This document shows positions 1-11,561 of a stretch of 64,000 nt of DNA, one piece after another; within the stretch, counting starts at the first letter, position 1, and the number at the start of each line of letters is the position of its first letter. The stretch lies in contig JBDNGJ010000188.1 of the NCBI GenBank assembly GCA_041689365.1, positions 3,150-67,149 on the forward strand. The letters are read 5' to 3'. The notes beneath the pieces are model-generated. The model was not told where the DNA came from. It did no database searches and saw only the letters and a program-made list of their open reading frames with translations. This stretch comes from Virgibacillus sp. (GTDB lineage Bacteria; Bacillota; Bacilli; Bacillales; Amphibacillaceae). A program made the position numbers and the translations under genes.

Positions 1-297
1 CTGGATTTCGCATTACGTATACAACGAAGTGGACGGACAGGCTGGTATTTTCGAGTGCTGCAGGAAGGATATGCTGAAGCGGGACTTGAGCTTGAATTAA
101 TCGAACGGCCATATCCCCAGTGGACAATTGCTGCCTGTAACGAGGTCATGCATGTGAACAAGGAAGATTTGAAATTAGCTGATGAACTTGCTTCATGTGA
201 GTTGTTGTCCGATAATTGGAAAAAGGCGCTAAATAAGCGGCTGAGAGGTAAGCATTCATCAGTTGAAAAGCGTGTGTTTGGGCCGAATAAAGGCTAA
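1..297 (+). CDS. MOSC-domain protein (YiiM-like, with 3-alpha tail), 5' end outside window
   Basis: Frame 1 is open from base 1: LDFALRIQRSGRTGWYFRVLQEGY..ERPYPQWTIA; GRTGWYFRV-x-EG resembles the YiiM/MOSC C-terminal motif. Confidence 0.75.
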   Translation: MDFALRIQRSGRTGWYFRVLQEGYAEAGLELELIERPYPQWTIAACNEVMHVNKEDLKLADELASCELLSDNWKKALNKRLRGKHSSVEKRVFGPNKG

Positions 298-728
298 TCT
301 TCCTCTACTATTTGGACATTTACTTTATTCCGACCACTTTCATCCGATATGAGTCTATGCAGCTGAATAAATACTAGGCCATCTTTATATGTTGCGTTTA
401 CTTTATCTCTTCGTACGGGAAATGGTAATGTTATTTCACGTTCAAACACACCTTGAAGTATCTCTTCTTTGACCACAGTACCTCCTGTATAGGAAATGTC
501 TATAGCACCTTTAAGTTCCAGTCTTGCGTAATCTACATAGATATCAACTTTGTTTAAATCGGTTAGACCTGGGATATTAACAATGCATATAAGTTCATGA
601 TCATACTGGTAGATGTTAATCTGTGGAATCGTGGGTTTTATAACCCCTTCAAATTCATTCCAGAATTGTTCACCAAAAAAATGATCCATGTTCTTTCGCC
701 AATCAGCCATTTGTTTAAAAGGATCCAT
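294..728 (-). CDS. Hsp20/alpha-crystallin family small heat-shock-like protein
   Basis: IPQINIYQ..NIPGL..GVFEREITLPFPV..NATYKDGLVFI matches the alpha-crystallin domain layout. Confidence 0.8.
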   Translation of the reverse strand: MDPFKQMADWRKNMDHFFGEQFWNEFEGVIKPTIPQINIYQYDHELICIVNIPGLTDLNKVDIYVDYARLELKGAIDISYTGGTVVKEEILQGVFEREITLPFPVRRDKVNATYKDGLVFIQLHRLISDESGRNKVNVQIVEED

Positions 729-844
729 TAAGACACCTCGTTTAAAGTTGGATAGAATTACTTTATAATGTATGCATTAGCTAGGCGTTAGGTGAGTATT
801 ATGAAAGTAGACGTATTTCTGCAGTAAGAGATCTAGGAGGGTTA

Positions 845-1471
845 ATGTTGCTGGAAAATGCATATATCATGGTGGCAATCATTCTTATCATAAATATTGT
901 GTATGTATCGTTATCAACGATTCGCATGATTCTGACACTAAAAGGACGACGGTATATAGCTGCATTTGTTAGTATGTTTGAAGTGGTTATTTATGTAGTA
1001 GGACTAGGACTGGTCTTGGATAATTTAAATGAAATACAAAACCTTATAGCGTATGCGCTCGGTTTTGGAATTGGCGTTATTGTCGGTACAAAAATTGAGG
1101 AAAAGCTTGCATTAGGCTATATTACCGTTAATGTTATTTCATCCGATCCGAATATCGAGTTCACCAGAAAGCTTAGGGATAAAGGGTATGGCGTGACAAG
1201 TTGGTTTGCCTATGGAATGGAAGGCGATCGACTCGCAATGCAAATACTGACACCAAGAAAATATGAGCTGATATTATATGAAACAATTAAAGAAATAGAT
1301 CCTAAAGCATTTATCATTTCATATGAGCCGAAACAGATTACCGGCGGTTTCTGGGTTAAGCAAGTACGTAAAGGTCGGTTGTTTAATCAGAAAAAGGATT
1401 ATCCAGGTGAAGTCAAGCCACAAGAGGAACAACAACCTCCAAAGCAAGATAATGAGAATCTAAAAGAATAA
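845..1471 (+). CDS. yebE: DUF2179/UPF0316 membrane protein (YebE-like)
   Basis: [31 protein letters not shown]; RBS AGGAGG; position upstream of pur as in B. subtilis. Confidence 0.85.
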   Translation: MLLENAYIMVAIILIINIVYVSLSTIRMILTLKGRRYIAAFVSMFEVVIYVVGLGLVLDNLNEIQNLIAYALGFGIGVIVGTKIEEKLALGYITVNVISSDPNIEFTRKLRDKGYGVTSWFAYGMEGDRLAMQILTPRKYELILYETIKEIDPKAFIISYEPKQITGGFWVKQVRKGRLFNQKKDYPGEVKPQEEQQPPKQDNENLKE

Positions 1472-1476
1472 TAAGC

Positions 1477-1513
1477 AGATAATAGAACAGGTTGCATCCT
1501 GTTCTATTATCTG
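1477..1513. terminator. Perfect inverted repeat / intrinsic terminator after yebE
   Basis: CAGATAATAGAACAGG-ttgcat-CCTGTTCTATTATCTG. Confidence 0.7.
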
Positions 1514-1639
1514 TCTATAACCATAATCGATTCCTGACTGAAAAAAGTGTCATCTTATTGTAAATTTTTTTAATACAGTATTGTAAAAGTTTGTTGCTAT
1601 TGATATAAACTGCGAAGTAACATGATTGTTGAGTGCTAT

Positions 1640-1850
1640 GACATCGCTTCGGAAATACACTGCGCACACCTAGGGCGGCTGATGAGCCTTCTTGCTCCTA
1701 CGTCGTTTCGTAGTCTCATCTAGGCCTCAGCTCCCACAGGAGTCTACGTGAATTTCCTCCGCTGGATGGTACTCACTATATTTTAAACCAACAGTAGGAA
1801 TATGCTTAGGCTCGTGGTGAGCCCACGGAAAAGCGAGTATATTCCAACTG
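1640..1850. repeat. Degenerate Bacillaceae-type intergenic repeat (ctcccRcaggagtc family), one copy plus an oppositely oriented end fragment
   Basis: GGAAATACAC..GGGCGGCTGATGAGCC..GTCTCA..CTCCCACAGGAGTC at 1650-1745; reverse-oriented end GCCCACGGAAAAGCGAGTATATTCC at about 1821-1845; related fragments at 21972 and 60648. Confidence 0.55.
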
Positions 1851-2085
1851 CGTGGTCAGCGAGCCATACTAAATACTACGAATCGGTTTAGGAGTCTTAT
1901 ATCAACTACTTATGAAGCTTCATTGCCGGATACAAACAACAATTTATTTGAATATAGCTTTTTAATGCCACTTTTTATGTCGCTCATTCGATATTAGTTA
2001 TACAAAGGGGAGATTCAGCGAACACCTACCTCCAGAACAGAATAAAGTACATCAAATGTTCGATTAATTAGGTGGAGTGCTTTCA

Positions 2086-2961
2086 ATGAACAATCAACAA
2101 GATGGAAATACCTTTCCGCCCCAACACCAGGACCAACAGCCAGGTATAGAGTCACTTATGGTGCCTGAACCGAATGTGGAGGATCCGGACTATACTGGTG
2201 CTAATAAGTTAACAGGAAAGGTTGCTATTATAACTGGTGGAGACAGTGGAATTGGAGCAGCTGCCGCAATAGCTTTTGCAAAGGAAGGCGCAAATATTGT
2301 TACTGCGTACTATTACCATTATGAGGATGGGGACGCCTACAGAACAAACCGGCGTATTGAGCAGCTTGGACAACGGTGTCTTTTAATTGTAGGCGACTTA
2401 CGTGATCAGCAGCATTGTCAGAACGTTGTACAACAGACAATCGACCATTTTGGTAAAATAGATATTTTAGTCAATAATCATGGAGTACAGTTTCCTCAGG
2501 ATAGTTTGCTAGATATATCAGCGGATCAATGGGATGCTACGTTTCAAACGAATATTTACGCATTCTTTTATATGACAAAAGCTGCCTTGCCATATTTAGG
2601 TGAAGGAAATACAATTATTAACACTGCATCTGTAGTAGCCTATGAAGGAAATGAGAAGTTAATCGACTACAGTGCCACAAAAGGTGCAATCGTTGGCTTC
2701 ACACGTACTTTGTCACAAAATATTATTGGCCAAGGAATCCGTGTAAATGCAGTAGCACCTGGACCGATTTGGACACCGCTAATACCATCAAGTTTTTCAG
2801 CTGAGTACATTGCAACGACATTTGGCACTGATGTACCTATGAAACGAGCTGGCCAACCGTATGAACTAGCACCTGCATATGTTTATCTAGCTTCTGATGA
2901 TTCTTCCTATGTTTCTGGTCAGGTTATTCATGTTAACGGCGGAAAAATGGTCAGTTTTTAA
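2086..2961 (+). CDS. SDR family oxidoreductase (YhdF/YdaD-like)
   Basis: TGGDSGIG Rossmann motif, YSATK catalytic YxxxK, NAVAPGPIWTPLIP. Confidence 0.9.
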   Translation: MNNQQDGNTFPPQHQDQQPGIESLMVPEPNVEDPDYTGANKLTGKVAIITGGDSGIGAAAAIAFAKEGANIVTAYYYHYEDGDAYRTNRRIEQLGQRCLLIVGDLRDQQHCQNVVQQTIDHFGKIDILVNNHGVQFPQDSLLDISADQWDATFQTNIYAFFYMTKAALPYLGEGNTIINTASVVAYEGNEKLIDYSATKGAIVGFTRTLSQNIIGQGIRVNAVAPGPIWTPLIPSSFSAEYIATTFGTDVPMKRAGQPYELAPAYVYLASDDSSYVSGQVIHVNGGKMVSF

Positions 2962-2974
2962 GTCAGTTATTGAT

Positions 2975-3020
2975 AAAAACCGAACATTTAATAATATTTA
3001 TTTACTATTGTTCGATATTT
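2975..3020. promoter_or_regulatory. Pair of inverted PurBoxes (PurR operator)
   Basis: AAAAACCGAACATT (2975-2988) and inverted ATTGTTCGATATTT (3007-3020) match the AWWWCCGAACWWT consensus, directly upstream of the pur promoter. Confidence 0.85.
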
Positions 3021-3022
3021 TA

Positions 3023-3052
3023 TTGACATTTTAGAAGCTGGTTTGATATGCT
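3023..3052 (+). promoter_or_regulatory. SigA promoter of the pur operon
   Basis: TTGACA 3023-3028; extended -10 TGaTATGCT 3044-3052. Confidence 0.75.
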
Positions 3053-3075
3053 AAGATCAACAAATAAATACGGTT

Positions 3076-3142
3076 CCTCATATATTTTTGAGAATATGGC
3101 TCAAAAGTTTCTACCAAGCACCATAAATGCTGGACTATGAGG
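3076..3142 (+). ncRNA. Purine (guanine-sensing) riboswitch aptamer
   Basis: CCTCATATA..AATATGG..GTTTCTACC..CCATAAA..GACTATGAGG; P1 CCTCATA/TATGAGG; C at the discriminator position (GACTA) indicates guanine. Confidence 0.95.
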
Positions 3143-3187
3143 GAGGATGAATCGTTGTATAGCAACGGTCCGTTTTAAGATGTCGTG

Positions 3188-3242
3188 AAAAAAGTCTATT
3201 CATCTTCTCTCAAGTTTTTGAGGGAGAGGAATAGACTTTTTT
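3188..3242 (+). terminator. Riboswitch expression-platform terminator
   Basis: AAAAAGTCTATTC...GAATAGACTTTTTT. Confidence 0.8.
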
Positions 3243-3370
3243 AGCAGTTAAGAAAGTATAACTCCTTTCTTACTGCATAAGTGCAACTAAGGCAATTCGC
3301 CCAAAGGCTTGGCGAATGCCAAGTTTTCTAATTTAGCAGTTAAGGTTTGGCGATAAGCTAACTTTTCTAA
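3241..3370 (+). mobile_element. MITE-like element (91 nt, TTAG...CTAA) followed by a 38-nt internally deleted copy
   Basis: 3241-3331 is nearly identical to the reverse complement of 53419-53510; 3333-3370 keeps both ends only. Confidence 0.75.
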
Positions 3371-3389
3371 TTAGGGAAAGAGGGATTTG

Positions 3390-3881
3390 ATGGTTCAAGT
3401 TGGAGTGATAATGGGAAGTATATCAGATTGGCAAACAATGCAGCATGCCTGCGATATGTTAAGTAAGCTCGACATTCCATATGAGAAGGATGTGATTTCA
3501 GCTCATCGTACGCCAGAAGAGATGGCTACGTATGCCAAATCCGCACGCGAACGTGGTTTGAAGGTAATCATTGCTGGAGCAGGTGGTGCAGCACATTTAC
3601 CTGGAATGATAGCAGCTCAAACGACGTTACCTGTTATTGGTGTTCCTATCCAAAGTAAAGCACTTAATGGTCTTGATTCGCTTCTTTCTATCGTGCAGAT
3701 GCCTGGCGGTGTGCCAACTGCAACGGTTGCAATTGGTGATTCAGGTGCGAAAAATGCAGGAATTATTGCCGCCCAAATTATTGGGTCTTTTGAAGATAAA
3801 GTAGCGGAAAGACTGGAGACATATCGTAAAGAATTACAGGCAAATGTAGCAGAAATGAGGGAAGATCTTGCAAAAGAATAA
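3390..3881 (+). CDS. purE: N5-carboxyaminoimidazole ribonucleotide mutase
   Basis: [39 protein letters not shown]. Confidence 0.97.
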   Translation: MVQVGVIMGSISDWQTMQHACDMLSKLDIPYEKDVISAHRTPEEMATYAKSARERGLKVIIAGAGGAAHLPGMIAAQTTLPVIGVPIQSKALNGLDSLLSIVQMPGGVPTATVAIGDSGAKNAGIIAAQIIGSFEDKVAERLETYRKELQANVAEMREDLAKE

Positions 3882-4998
3882 GGTAATCCTCCCACCCCAA
3901 ACAATCGGAATCATTGGCGGCGGACAGCTTGGGCGTATGATGGCAATTGCAGCAAAATATATGGGATATAAAATTGCGGTCCTTGATCCGACACCAAATT
4001 GTCCGACTGTTCAGGTAGCAGATCAGCAAATTACTTCGCCCTACGATGATATGAATGGTATTAAGAAGTTATCGGAACTAAGTGATGTTGTGACATATGA
4101 ATTTGAAAATGTTGATCTTGATGCTGCGGGATATATCGAGCGGCAAGGTAAGCTGCCACAAGGAGCATACCCTTTGGAAGTCACCCAAAACCGGGAAAAA
4201 GAGAAAAGAATCATGAAGAATGCAAATTTACCAGTACCTGATTTTTCAATAGTCTCAAATGGTGAAGATGTGAATAAAGCTTTGGAAACTATGCCATTTC
4301 CAGCGGTAATTAAAACATGCAGCGGCGGTTACGATGGCAAAGGACAGCTTAAACTAAATTCAATGGACGATATTCCAGCTGCTTGTGAATTTGCTGATCA
4401 AAATAGCACATGCATTATCGAACAGTGGATACCGTTTGATAAAGAGATTTCAGTCGTTTTCACCCGTACAAAGTCAGGTGATATTACTTTTTTCCCAATT
4501 GCAGAGAATAAGCATCAAGACCACATTTTATATCAAACAACGGTACCGGCATTAATTAGTGAAACCGTTAATGAAAAAGCTGTCGATGCAGCAAAAGTAC
4601 TTGCGGAAAAAATGAACATCGTCGGTACATTTGCGCTTGAAATGTTCGTTAAGGATGGAGAAATTTTTCTCAATGAAATGGCACCAAGACCGCACAATTC
4701 TGGACACTACACCATTGAAGCATGTAATATTTCACAATTTCAGCAGCATATTCGAGCAATTTGCGGATTAAGCCTAATGCCAATTACATTGCTGCAGCCT
4801 GCTGGAATGGTAAATATACTTGGTGACGATATGAATGATGTTTTACGAATGTTGCCTGGATTGAATAACGGCTTTATTCATTTGTACGGGAAAGAAGGCG
4901 TGAAGGTCAAACGTAAAATGGGGCACATTACGTTTATTGCAAAAACACAGGAAGAAGTTCGTGCAAGACTTACTGCATACGAGGAGGCAAAACAATGA
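3868..4998 (+). CDS. purK: N5-carboxyaminoimidazole ribonucleotide synthase
   Basis: [39 protein letters not shown]. Confidence 0.97.
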   Translation: MQKNKVILPPQTIGIIGGGQLGRMMAIAAKYMGYKIAVLDPTPNCPTVQVADQQITSPYDDMNGIKKLSELSDVVTYEFENVDLDAAGYIERQGKLPQGAYPLEVTQNREKEKRIMKNANLPVPDFSIVSNGEDVNKALETMPFPAVIKTCSGGYDGKGQLKLNSMDDIPAACEFADQNSTCIIEQWIPFDKEISVVFTRTKSGDITFFPIAENKHQDHILYQTTVPALISETVNEKAVDAAKVLAEKMNIVGTFALEMFVKDGEIFLNEMAPRPHNSGHYTIEACNISQFQQHIRAICGLSLMPITLLQPAGMVNILGDDMNDVLRMLPGLNNGFIHLYGKEGVKVKRKMGHITFIAKTQEEVRARLTAYEEAKQ

Positions 4999-6296
4999 TT
5001 GAACGCTATACGCGAGAAGAAATGGGTGCAATATGGACAGAGGAAAATAAATTCAACGCATGGCTTGAAGTAGAAATTTTAGCATGTGAAGCCTGGAGTG
5101 AATTAGGTGTTATTCCGGCTGAGGATGTGAAAAAGATTCGTCAACATGCATCATTTAACCTTGAGCGGATTTATGAAATTGAACAGGAAACACGACATGA
5201 TGTAGTTGCATTTACGCGTGCGGTTTCCGAAACGCTTGGAGATGAACGCAAATGGGTCCATTATGGCTTAACCTCCACAGATGTAGTCGATACGGCACTA
5301 TCCTATCAATTGAAACAAGCAAATGAAATTATCCGAAAAGACCTTCATACATTTATTGAAATACTGAAAAATAAAGCTATCGAACATAAACATACTGTCA
5401 TGATGGGAAGAACACATGGCGTCCATGCTGAGCCTACAACATTTGGCTTGAAATTGGCTCTTTGGTATGAGGAGATGACACGGAATTTGGAGCGCTTTGA
5501 AATGGCTGCAAAAGGCGTGGAGTTTGGGAAACTTTCAGGAGCAGTTGGAACGTATGCAAATATTGATCCATTCGTTGAACAGTATGTCTGTGAAAAACTT
5601 GGGCTGACTCCAGCACCTGTCTCAACGCAGACATTACAGCGTGATCGTCATGCTGCATATGTATCTGCACTCACGCTTGCTGCAACTTCAGTTGAAAAAT
5701 TTGCCACTGAAATCCGTGGCCTGCAGAAGACAGAAACACGCGAGGTTGAAGAGTTCTTTGCTAAAGGCCAAAAGGGATCTTCCGCAATGCCGCATAAACG
5801 CAACCCAATTGGATCGGAAAACATGACCGGGGTGGCCCGGGTATTACGTGGCCAAATGGTAACAGCATTCGAAAATGTTTCATTGTGGCATGAACGCGAT
5901 ATTTCCCATTCTTCGGCAGAACGCGTTATTTTACCAGATACAACAATCGCTTTGAACTATATGCTGAATCGTTTTTCCAGCATTGTTAAAAAGCTAACTG
6001 TTTTCCCGGAAAACATGAAACGAAACATCGATAAAACACATGGCGTTATTTTTTCACAGCGTGTGCTTCTGGTATTAATTGAAAAAGGTATGGCTCGTGA
6101 AACTGCTTATGACATTGTACAGCCAAAGGCAATGCATGCATGGGAGACAGAAACTCATTTTAAACAGTTGGTTGAGGATGACGAACAAATTAGTACGAAA
6201 CTGTCGCAGGCTGAAATCGATAATTGTTTTGATTATACGTACCACCTTAAAAATGTGGATGCAATTTTTAACCGAATCGGACTTGAGGTGAAATGA
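4995..6296 (+). CDS. purB: Adenylosuccinate lyase
   Basis: [25 protein letters not shown] signature. Confidence 0.98.
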   Translation: MIERYTREEMGAIWTEENKFNAWLEVEILACEAWSELGVIPAEDVKKIRQHASFNLERIYEIEQETRHDVVAFTRAVSETLGDERKWVHYGLTSTDVVDTALSYQLKQANEIIRKDLHTFIEILKNKAIEHKHTVMMGRTHGVHAEPTTFGLKLALWYEEMTRNLERFEMAAKGVEFGKLSGAVGTYANIDPFVEQYVCEKLGLTPAPVSTQTLQRDRHAAYVSALTLAATSVEKFATEIRGLQKTETREVEEFFAKGQKGSSAMPHKRNPIGSENMTGVARVLRGQMVTAFENVSLWHERDISHSSAERVILPDTTIALNYMLNRFSSIVKKLTVFPENMKRNIDKTHGVIFSQRVLLVLIEKGMARETAYDIVQPKAMHAWETETHFKQLVEDDEQISTKLSQAEIDNCFDYTYHLKNVDAIFNRIGLEVK

Positions 6297-7009
6297 TGAA
6301 AGCTGATCTGTTATACGAGGGTAAGGCAAAGCGTGTCTACCAGGCAAAGGATAAGCCAGGTCAACTAGTGCTGGCTTACAAAAACGATGCAACAGCTTTC
6401 AATGGAGAGAAGAAGGCGTCGTTTACAGGTAAAGGGCAATTGAACAATGATATATCGTCACTTATTTTTCCACTTCTTCATGACAAAAATATTCAGACTC
6501 ATTTTATTGAAAGATTAAGTGAAACAGAACAGCTTGTCCATCAAACAGAAATCATTCCATTGGAAGTTGTTGTACGTAACTTGGCTACAGGAAGCATTAC
6601 AAAGCGCCTGGGGATTGAAGAGAGAACAGCGTTTAACCCACCGATTATTGAACTTTTTTATAAAGATGACGCATTGGGTGACCCGTTAATTAATGATGAG
6701 CATGCGCTTTTCTTAAGTGATGTCACAACCTCTGAATTACAGGAAATTAAAGAGAAAGCATTGGAAATAAACAAGCAGTTAACTGCAGTATTCAAGGAAA
6801 TAGAAGTTGAATTGGTAGATTTTAAACTTGAATTTGGGCGCTTAGCAAGTGGGTGTATTGTGCTTGCAGATGAAATTTCACCCGACACATGCAGACTTTG
6901 GGACAGTACTACACATGAAAAATTGGATAAGGATGTATTTCGCCAAGGCACTGGTGATTTACTCGAAGTATATCAGGAAATTTTTCAGCGATTGGAGGCA
7001 AAATCATGA
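6296..7009 (+). CDS. purC: SAICAR synthase
   Basis: LYEGKAK, DDATAFNG-like, LVDFKLEFG, LADEISPDTCRLWD. Confidence 0.97.
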   Translation: MKADLLYEGKAKRVYQAKDKPGQLVLAYKNDATAFNGEKKASFTGKGQLNNDISSLIFPLLHDKNIQTHFIERLSETEQLVHQTEIIPLEVVVRNLATGSITKRLGIEERTAFNPPIIELFYKDDALGDPLINDEHALFLSDVTTSELQEIKEKALEINKQLTAVFKEIEVELVDFKLEFGRLASGCIVLADEISPDTCRLWDSTTHEKLDKDVFRQGTGDLLEVYQEIFQRLEAKS

Positions 7010-7257
7010 AAAAAGTTACGGTGCACGTTACGTTAAAACAAGGTGTACTCGACCCTCAGGGGAAGGCAATTCAAACATCGTTACATTCGTTAGGTTTTCC
7101 GGAAGTAGAAGAAGCCCGGGTAGGTAAGTACATTGAATTGACCATGGAGGACGACGCTGATATTGAAGCACGTGTCAAAGCGATGTGCGACAAACTCCTG
7201 GCAAATCCGGTAATTGAAGATTATCGATTTAATGTGGAGGAGGCTGTCCAATCGTGA
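7006..7257 (+). CDS. purS: FGAM synthase subunit PurS
   Basis: [17 protein letters not shown]. Confidence 0.97.
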   Translation: MKKVTVHVTLKQGVLDPQGKAIQTSLHSLGFPEVEEARVGKYIELTMEDDADIEARVKAMCDKLLANPVIEDYRFNVEEAVQS

Positions 7258-7937
7258 AGTTTGCTGTAATCGTTTTTCCGGGGTCGAATTGTGATCGTGA
7301 TATGTATCATGCTGCAAAAGATGTTCTGAAAGCAGATGCTGATTTAGTCTGGTATGAAAATAGCAATCTCGAAAACTATGATGGAGTTCTTTTACCTGGT
7401 GGATTTTCGTATGGAGACTACCTTCGCTCAGGTGCGGTTGCTTCAACGTCAAATGTGATGCAGCAGATTAAAGCACATGCTGAAAAAGGCAAGCCGGTTT
7501 TAGGCGTTTGTAATGGATTTCAAATTTTACTCGAAGCAGGACTTTTGCCAGGTGCAATGCTCCGCAACAAGAATCTGGCATTCATGTGCCATCAGGAGCC
7601 ATTGGTTGTAGCGAACAATAAAACACAGTTTACTACGGGATATGGTAAGGGAGAAATCGTCCGTTTTCCAATTGCTCATGGTGAAGGAAACTATTTTTGC
7701 GATGAACAGACATTAGCAGATTTAAAAGCAAATGATCAAATCGTCTTCACGTATGAAAATAATCCAAATGGATCGGTTGCAGATATTGCTGGAATTATTA
7801 ATGAGCAAGGCAATGTTCTTGGCATGATGCCACATCCGGAGCGGGCCGTTGAAGAGCTGCTTGGCAGTGATGATGGTCTTAGATTATTTCAGTCAGTAGT
7901 CAAAAATTGGAGGGAATCCTATGTTGTTAACAGGTGA
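7254..7937 (+). CDS. purQ: FGAM synthase glutaminase subunit
   Basis: [33 protein letters not shown]. Confidence 0.98.
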   Translation: MKFAVIVFPGSNCDRDMYHAAKDVLKADADLVWYENSNLENYDGVLLPGGFSYGDYLRSGAVASTSNVMQQIKAHAEKGKPVLGVCNGFQILLEAGLLPGAMLRNKNLAFMCHQEPLVVANNKTQFTTGYGKGEIVRFPIAHGEGNYFCDEQTLADLKANDQIVFTYENNPNGSVADIAGIINEQGNVLGMMPHPERAVEELLGSDDGLRLFQSVVKNWRESYVVNR

Positions 7938-10149
7938 AATCAGTCCAGAGAGAATCGAACAGGAACAGTTATACCTGGATATGGGGTTAAGTGACCAAGA
8001 GTATGACATGGTCAAAAATATTCTGAAACGTAGACCGAACTTTACTGAGGCTGGAATATTTTCTGTCATGTGGTCTGAACATTGCAGCTATAAAACGTCA
8101 AAGCCACTATTAAGTAAATTTCCAACTAAAGGTCCGCATGTTCTGCAAGGGCCTGGTGAAGGTGCTGGTGTTATCGATATTGGGGATGAGCAGGCGGTTG
8201 TTTTTAAAATAGAAAGCCATAATCACCCATCAGCAGTTGAGCCATACCAAGGTGCTGCCACTGGAGTTGGCGGTATTATCCGAGATGTATTTTCGATGGG
8301 AGCGCGACCGATTGCTTTGATGAACTCATTGCGCTTTGGCAATTTGACAACGGACCGTGTTAAGTACCTGTTCCAGGAAGTCGTTCATGGCATTGCAGGT
8401 TATGGCAACTGTGTTGGTGTCCCAACAGTTGGTGGAGAGGTACAGTTTGATGATAGCTATGAGGATAACCCGCTTGTAAATGCCATGTGTATCGGATTGA
8501 TAAGTCATGATGAAATCCAAAAGGGCATCGCAGCAGGTGTCGGGAATACAGTGATTTATGCTGGAGCGGCAACAGGAAGAGACGGCATCCATGGCGCAAC
8601 ATTTGCTTCAGGTGACTTAGCGGAGGATTCGGATAAAGATCGTCCGGCAGTTCAGGTTGGCGATCCGTTTATGGAAAAGCTATTAATTGAGGCATGCCTG
8701 GAAGTGATTCATTCCGATGCATTAGTAGGAATGCAGGATATGGGAGCGGCAGGACTTACATCGTCGGCAAGTGAAATGGCGAGTAAGGCTGGTACTGGAT
8801 TGGAAATGAATTTGGACCTTGTACCGCAGCGCGAGCAAAATATGAATGCATATGAATTAATGCTTTCTGAATCCCAGGAACGGATGCTGCTTGTTGTGAA
8901 GCAGGGACGTGAACAGGAAATTATTGATATATTCGAAAAATACGGACTTGAGGCAACTGCAGTTGGTGAGGTTATCAAGGAAAAGGTGTTTCGCCTTAAA
9001 CAGCATGGCTCACTTGTTGCAGATATTCCAGTTGATGCACTTGCAGAGGAAGCCCCAGTTTATCTGATGCCATCAAAGGAAGCGGCATATGTGAAAGCAT
9101 TTCAGGAAATGGAAAACGAAATTCCCTTAGTCGATAACCATGCCGAAATGCTAAAACAACTTCTGCAGCAGCCTACTATCGCAAGCAAAGAATCTGTGTA
9201 TGACCAATATGACTCAATGGTTCAAACGAATACAGTTGTAATGCCTGGATCGGATGCAGCAGTTGTACGTATTAAAGGAACAGATAAAGCCTTGGCGATT
9301 ACGACTGATTGTAATTCCCGTTATATTTACCTTGATCCAGAAACTGGCGGGAAAATTGCAGTTGCAGAGGCGACTCGGAACTTAGTTTGTTCAGGAGCAC
9401 GGCCACTGGGATTAACAGATGGTTTAAATTTTGGGAACCCAACTAATCCGGAAGTTTTTTGGCAAATGGAAAAGAGTGTTGAGGGGATGAGTGAAGCTTC
9501 CCAAATTCTTGATACGCCAGTTATAAGCGGCAATGTATCATTATATAACCAGTCTAAAGGAAATTCAATTTTTCCGACACCAGTTGTTGGAATGGTCGGA
9601 TTAATTGAATCACTTGATCATCTAACGCCAAGCTTTTTCCAGGAAGCTGGGGATGTTATTTATTTAATTGGTGAAACAAAGGCTGAGTTTGGCGGCAGTG
9701 AAATGCAGAATATTATCCAAGGAAAATACGAAGGAAAAGCGCCATCAATTGATTTGCAAATAGAGGCGGAACGACAGAAGCAGTTGCTGAAAGCTATCCG
9801 GCAGGGAGTTGTTCAATCAGCCCATGATTTGGCTGAAGGTGGATTAGGCGTAGCGCTAGCTGAAGGAACTTTTAACGGAAAAGGACTCGGGATAAATGTG
9901 GAAGTCTCTGGGAATCCAACTGCTGCATTATTCAGCGAGTCACAATCGAGATTTCTTGTCACGGTCAAAGCTGAAGATAAAGAGCAGTTTGAAAACATAA
10001 TTGATCATGCAACAGAGATTGGCTTTGTAACCGGTAATAATGAATTTTTTGTCCGGACCAATGACAGGGTTGTTATTGAGGAAGATGCTAGAGCACTTCA
10101 CGAATTATGGAAAGGAGCTATTCCATGCTTGCTGAAATCAAAGGCATAA
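7921..10149 (+). CDS. purL: FGAM synthase large subunit
   Basis: [29 protein letters not shown]. Confidence 0.98.
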   Translation: MLLTGEISPERIEQEQLYLDMGLSDQEYDMVKNILKRRPNFTEAGIFSVMWSEHCSYKTSKPLLSKFPTKGPHVLQGPGEGAGVIDIGDEQAVVFKIESHNHPSAVEPYQGAATGVGGIIRDVFSMGARPIALMNSLRFGNLTTDRVKYLFQEVVHGIAGYGNCVGVPTVGGEVQFDDSYEDNPLVNAMCIGLISHDEIQKGIAAGVGNTVIYAGAATGRDGIHGATFASGDLAEDSDKDRPAVQVGDPFMEKLLIEACLEVIHSDALVGMQDMGAAGLTSSASEMASKAGTGLEMNLDLVPQREQNMNAYELMLSESQERMLLVVKQGREQEIIDIFEKYGLEATAVGEVIKEKVFRLKQHGSLVADIPVDALAEEAPVYLMPSKEAAYVKAFQEMENEIPLVDNHAEMLKQLLQQPTIASKESVYDQYDSMVQTNTVVMPGSDAAVVRIKGTDKALAITTDCNSRYIYLDPETGGKIAVAEATRNLVCSGARPLGLTDGLNFGNPTNPEVFWQMEKSVEGMSEASQILDTPVISGNVSLYNQSKGNSIFPTPVVGMVGLIESLDHLTPSFFQEAGDVIYLIGETKAEFGGSEMQNIIQGKYEGKAPSIDLQIEAERQKQLLKAIRQGVVQSAHDLAEGGLGVALAEGTFNGKGLGINVEVSGNPTAALFSESQSRFLVTVKAEDKEQFENIIDHATEIGFVTGNNEFFVRTNDRVVIEEDARALHELWKGAIPCLLKSKA

Positions 10150-11531
10150 ACGAAGAATGCGGTGTATTTGGAATTTGGGGTCATGAAAAGGCAGCAGAAC
10201 TTACGTATTATGGACTGCATTCGATGCAACATCGCGGGCAGGAAGGTGCCGGGATTGTTGTAAATGATGGCATGGAATTAAAAGCCCATAAAGGGTTAGG
10301 TTTAGTCAATGACGTGTTCAAGCATGCGAATTTTTCCGAGCTGACCGGGAATGTGGCTGTTGGGCATGTTCGTTACTCCACACAAGGTGGAAAGGGAATT
10401 GAAAATGTCCAGCCACTACTGTTCCGTTCGCAGACTGGCAGTATGGCTTTAGCACATAACGGGAATCTCATAAACGAACAAAAACTGCGAGGAGAGCTTG
10501 AAGACGAGGGGAGTATTTTACAAACTTCTTCCGATACAGAAGTACTTGCTCATCTAATTAGACGGAACGGTATGGAAACAAATGAGGAATCTATCTCCAG
10601 CGCGCTTAATAAAGTTGTTGGAGCATATGCTTATTTAATTTTAAAAGAAGATAAGATGTTTGCCGCGCTTGACCCAAGCGGGATTAGGCCATTATCGATC
10701 GGAAAACTTGGAGATGCTTATGTTGTTGCTTCTGAAACATGTGCATTCGATCAAATAGGAGCTACTTTTGTGCGTGAAGTTTTACCAGGGGAACTCGTAA
10801 CAATCAGTGAAAAAGGGATTGAATCAACACGTTTTGCAATGCGTGAGCAACGGAGAATGTGTGCGATGGAGTATGTTTATTTATCGAGACCAGACAGCGA
10901 CTTAAATGAAGTGAATGTTCATGCTTCCAGAAAGCGAATGGGAATGGAGCTTGCCAAGGAGTCTCCTGCTGAGGCAGATATGGTAATTGGTGTTCCGGAT
11001 TCCAGTATTTCTGCTGCGATTGGTTTTGCCGAGGAAATCGGACTTCCTTATGAGATGGGAATTATCAAAAACCGTTATGTGGGAAGAACGTTTATCCAGC
11101 CCTCCCAGGAGCTGCGTGAACAAGGTGTGAAAATGAAGCTTGCACCAGTACGTGGAATTGTTGAAGGAAAGCGGATTGTGATGATAGATGATTCAATTGT
11201 TCGTGGAACGACAAGCAGGCGAATTGTTCAAATGCTGAAAGACGCCGGTGCCAAAGAGGTTCATGTTCGAATTGCTTCACCTTCTATTCAAAACCCGTGC
11301 TATTACGGTATAGACATGTCAACACGAAAAGAATTAATTGCAGCGAACAACTCCATTGATGAAATTTGTGAAATAATCGGTGCTGAAAGTGTTTCTTATT
11401 TATCGGTTGATGGATTGGAAAAAGCAATCATAAAGGATAAAACACTACATCAAGGAATTTGTGCTGCATGTATGACAGGAAATTATCCTGTGAAAGAAAA
11501 CGAGCAAAGTGAAATTTTTTATACGAGATGA
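10125..11531 (+). CDS. purF: Amidophosphoribosyltransferase
   Basis: Propeptide [11 protein letters not shown]|[20 protein letters not shown]; RBS AAAGGAG places the start at 10125. Confidence 0.98.
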   Translation: MLAEIKGINEECGVFGIWGHEKAAELTYYGLHSMQHRGQEGAGIVVNDGMELKAHKGLGLVNDVFKHANFSELTGNVAVGHVRYSTQGGKGIENVQPLLFRSQTGSMALAHNGNLINEQKLRGELEDEGSILQTSSDTEVLAHLIRRNGMETNEESISSALNKVVGAYAYLILKEDKMFAALDPSGIRPLSIGKLGDAYVVASETCAFDQIGATFVREVLPGELVTISEKGIESTRFAMREQRRMCAMEYVYLSRPDSDLNEVNVHASRKRMGMELAKESPAEADMVIGVPDSSISAAIGFAEEIGLPYEMGIIKNRYVGRTFIQPSQELREQGVKMKLAPVRGIVEGKRIVMIDDSIVRGTTSRRIVQMLKDAGAKEVHVRIASPSIQNPCYYGIDMSTRKELIAANNSIDEICEIIGAESVSYLSVDGLEKAIIKDKTLHQGICAACMTGNYPVKENEQSEIFYTR

Positions 11532-11561
11532 TAACAATTTCTACTGGAGGATGTGTCAAAC

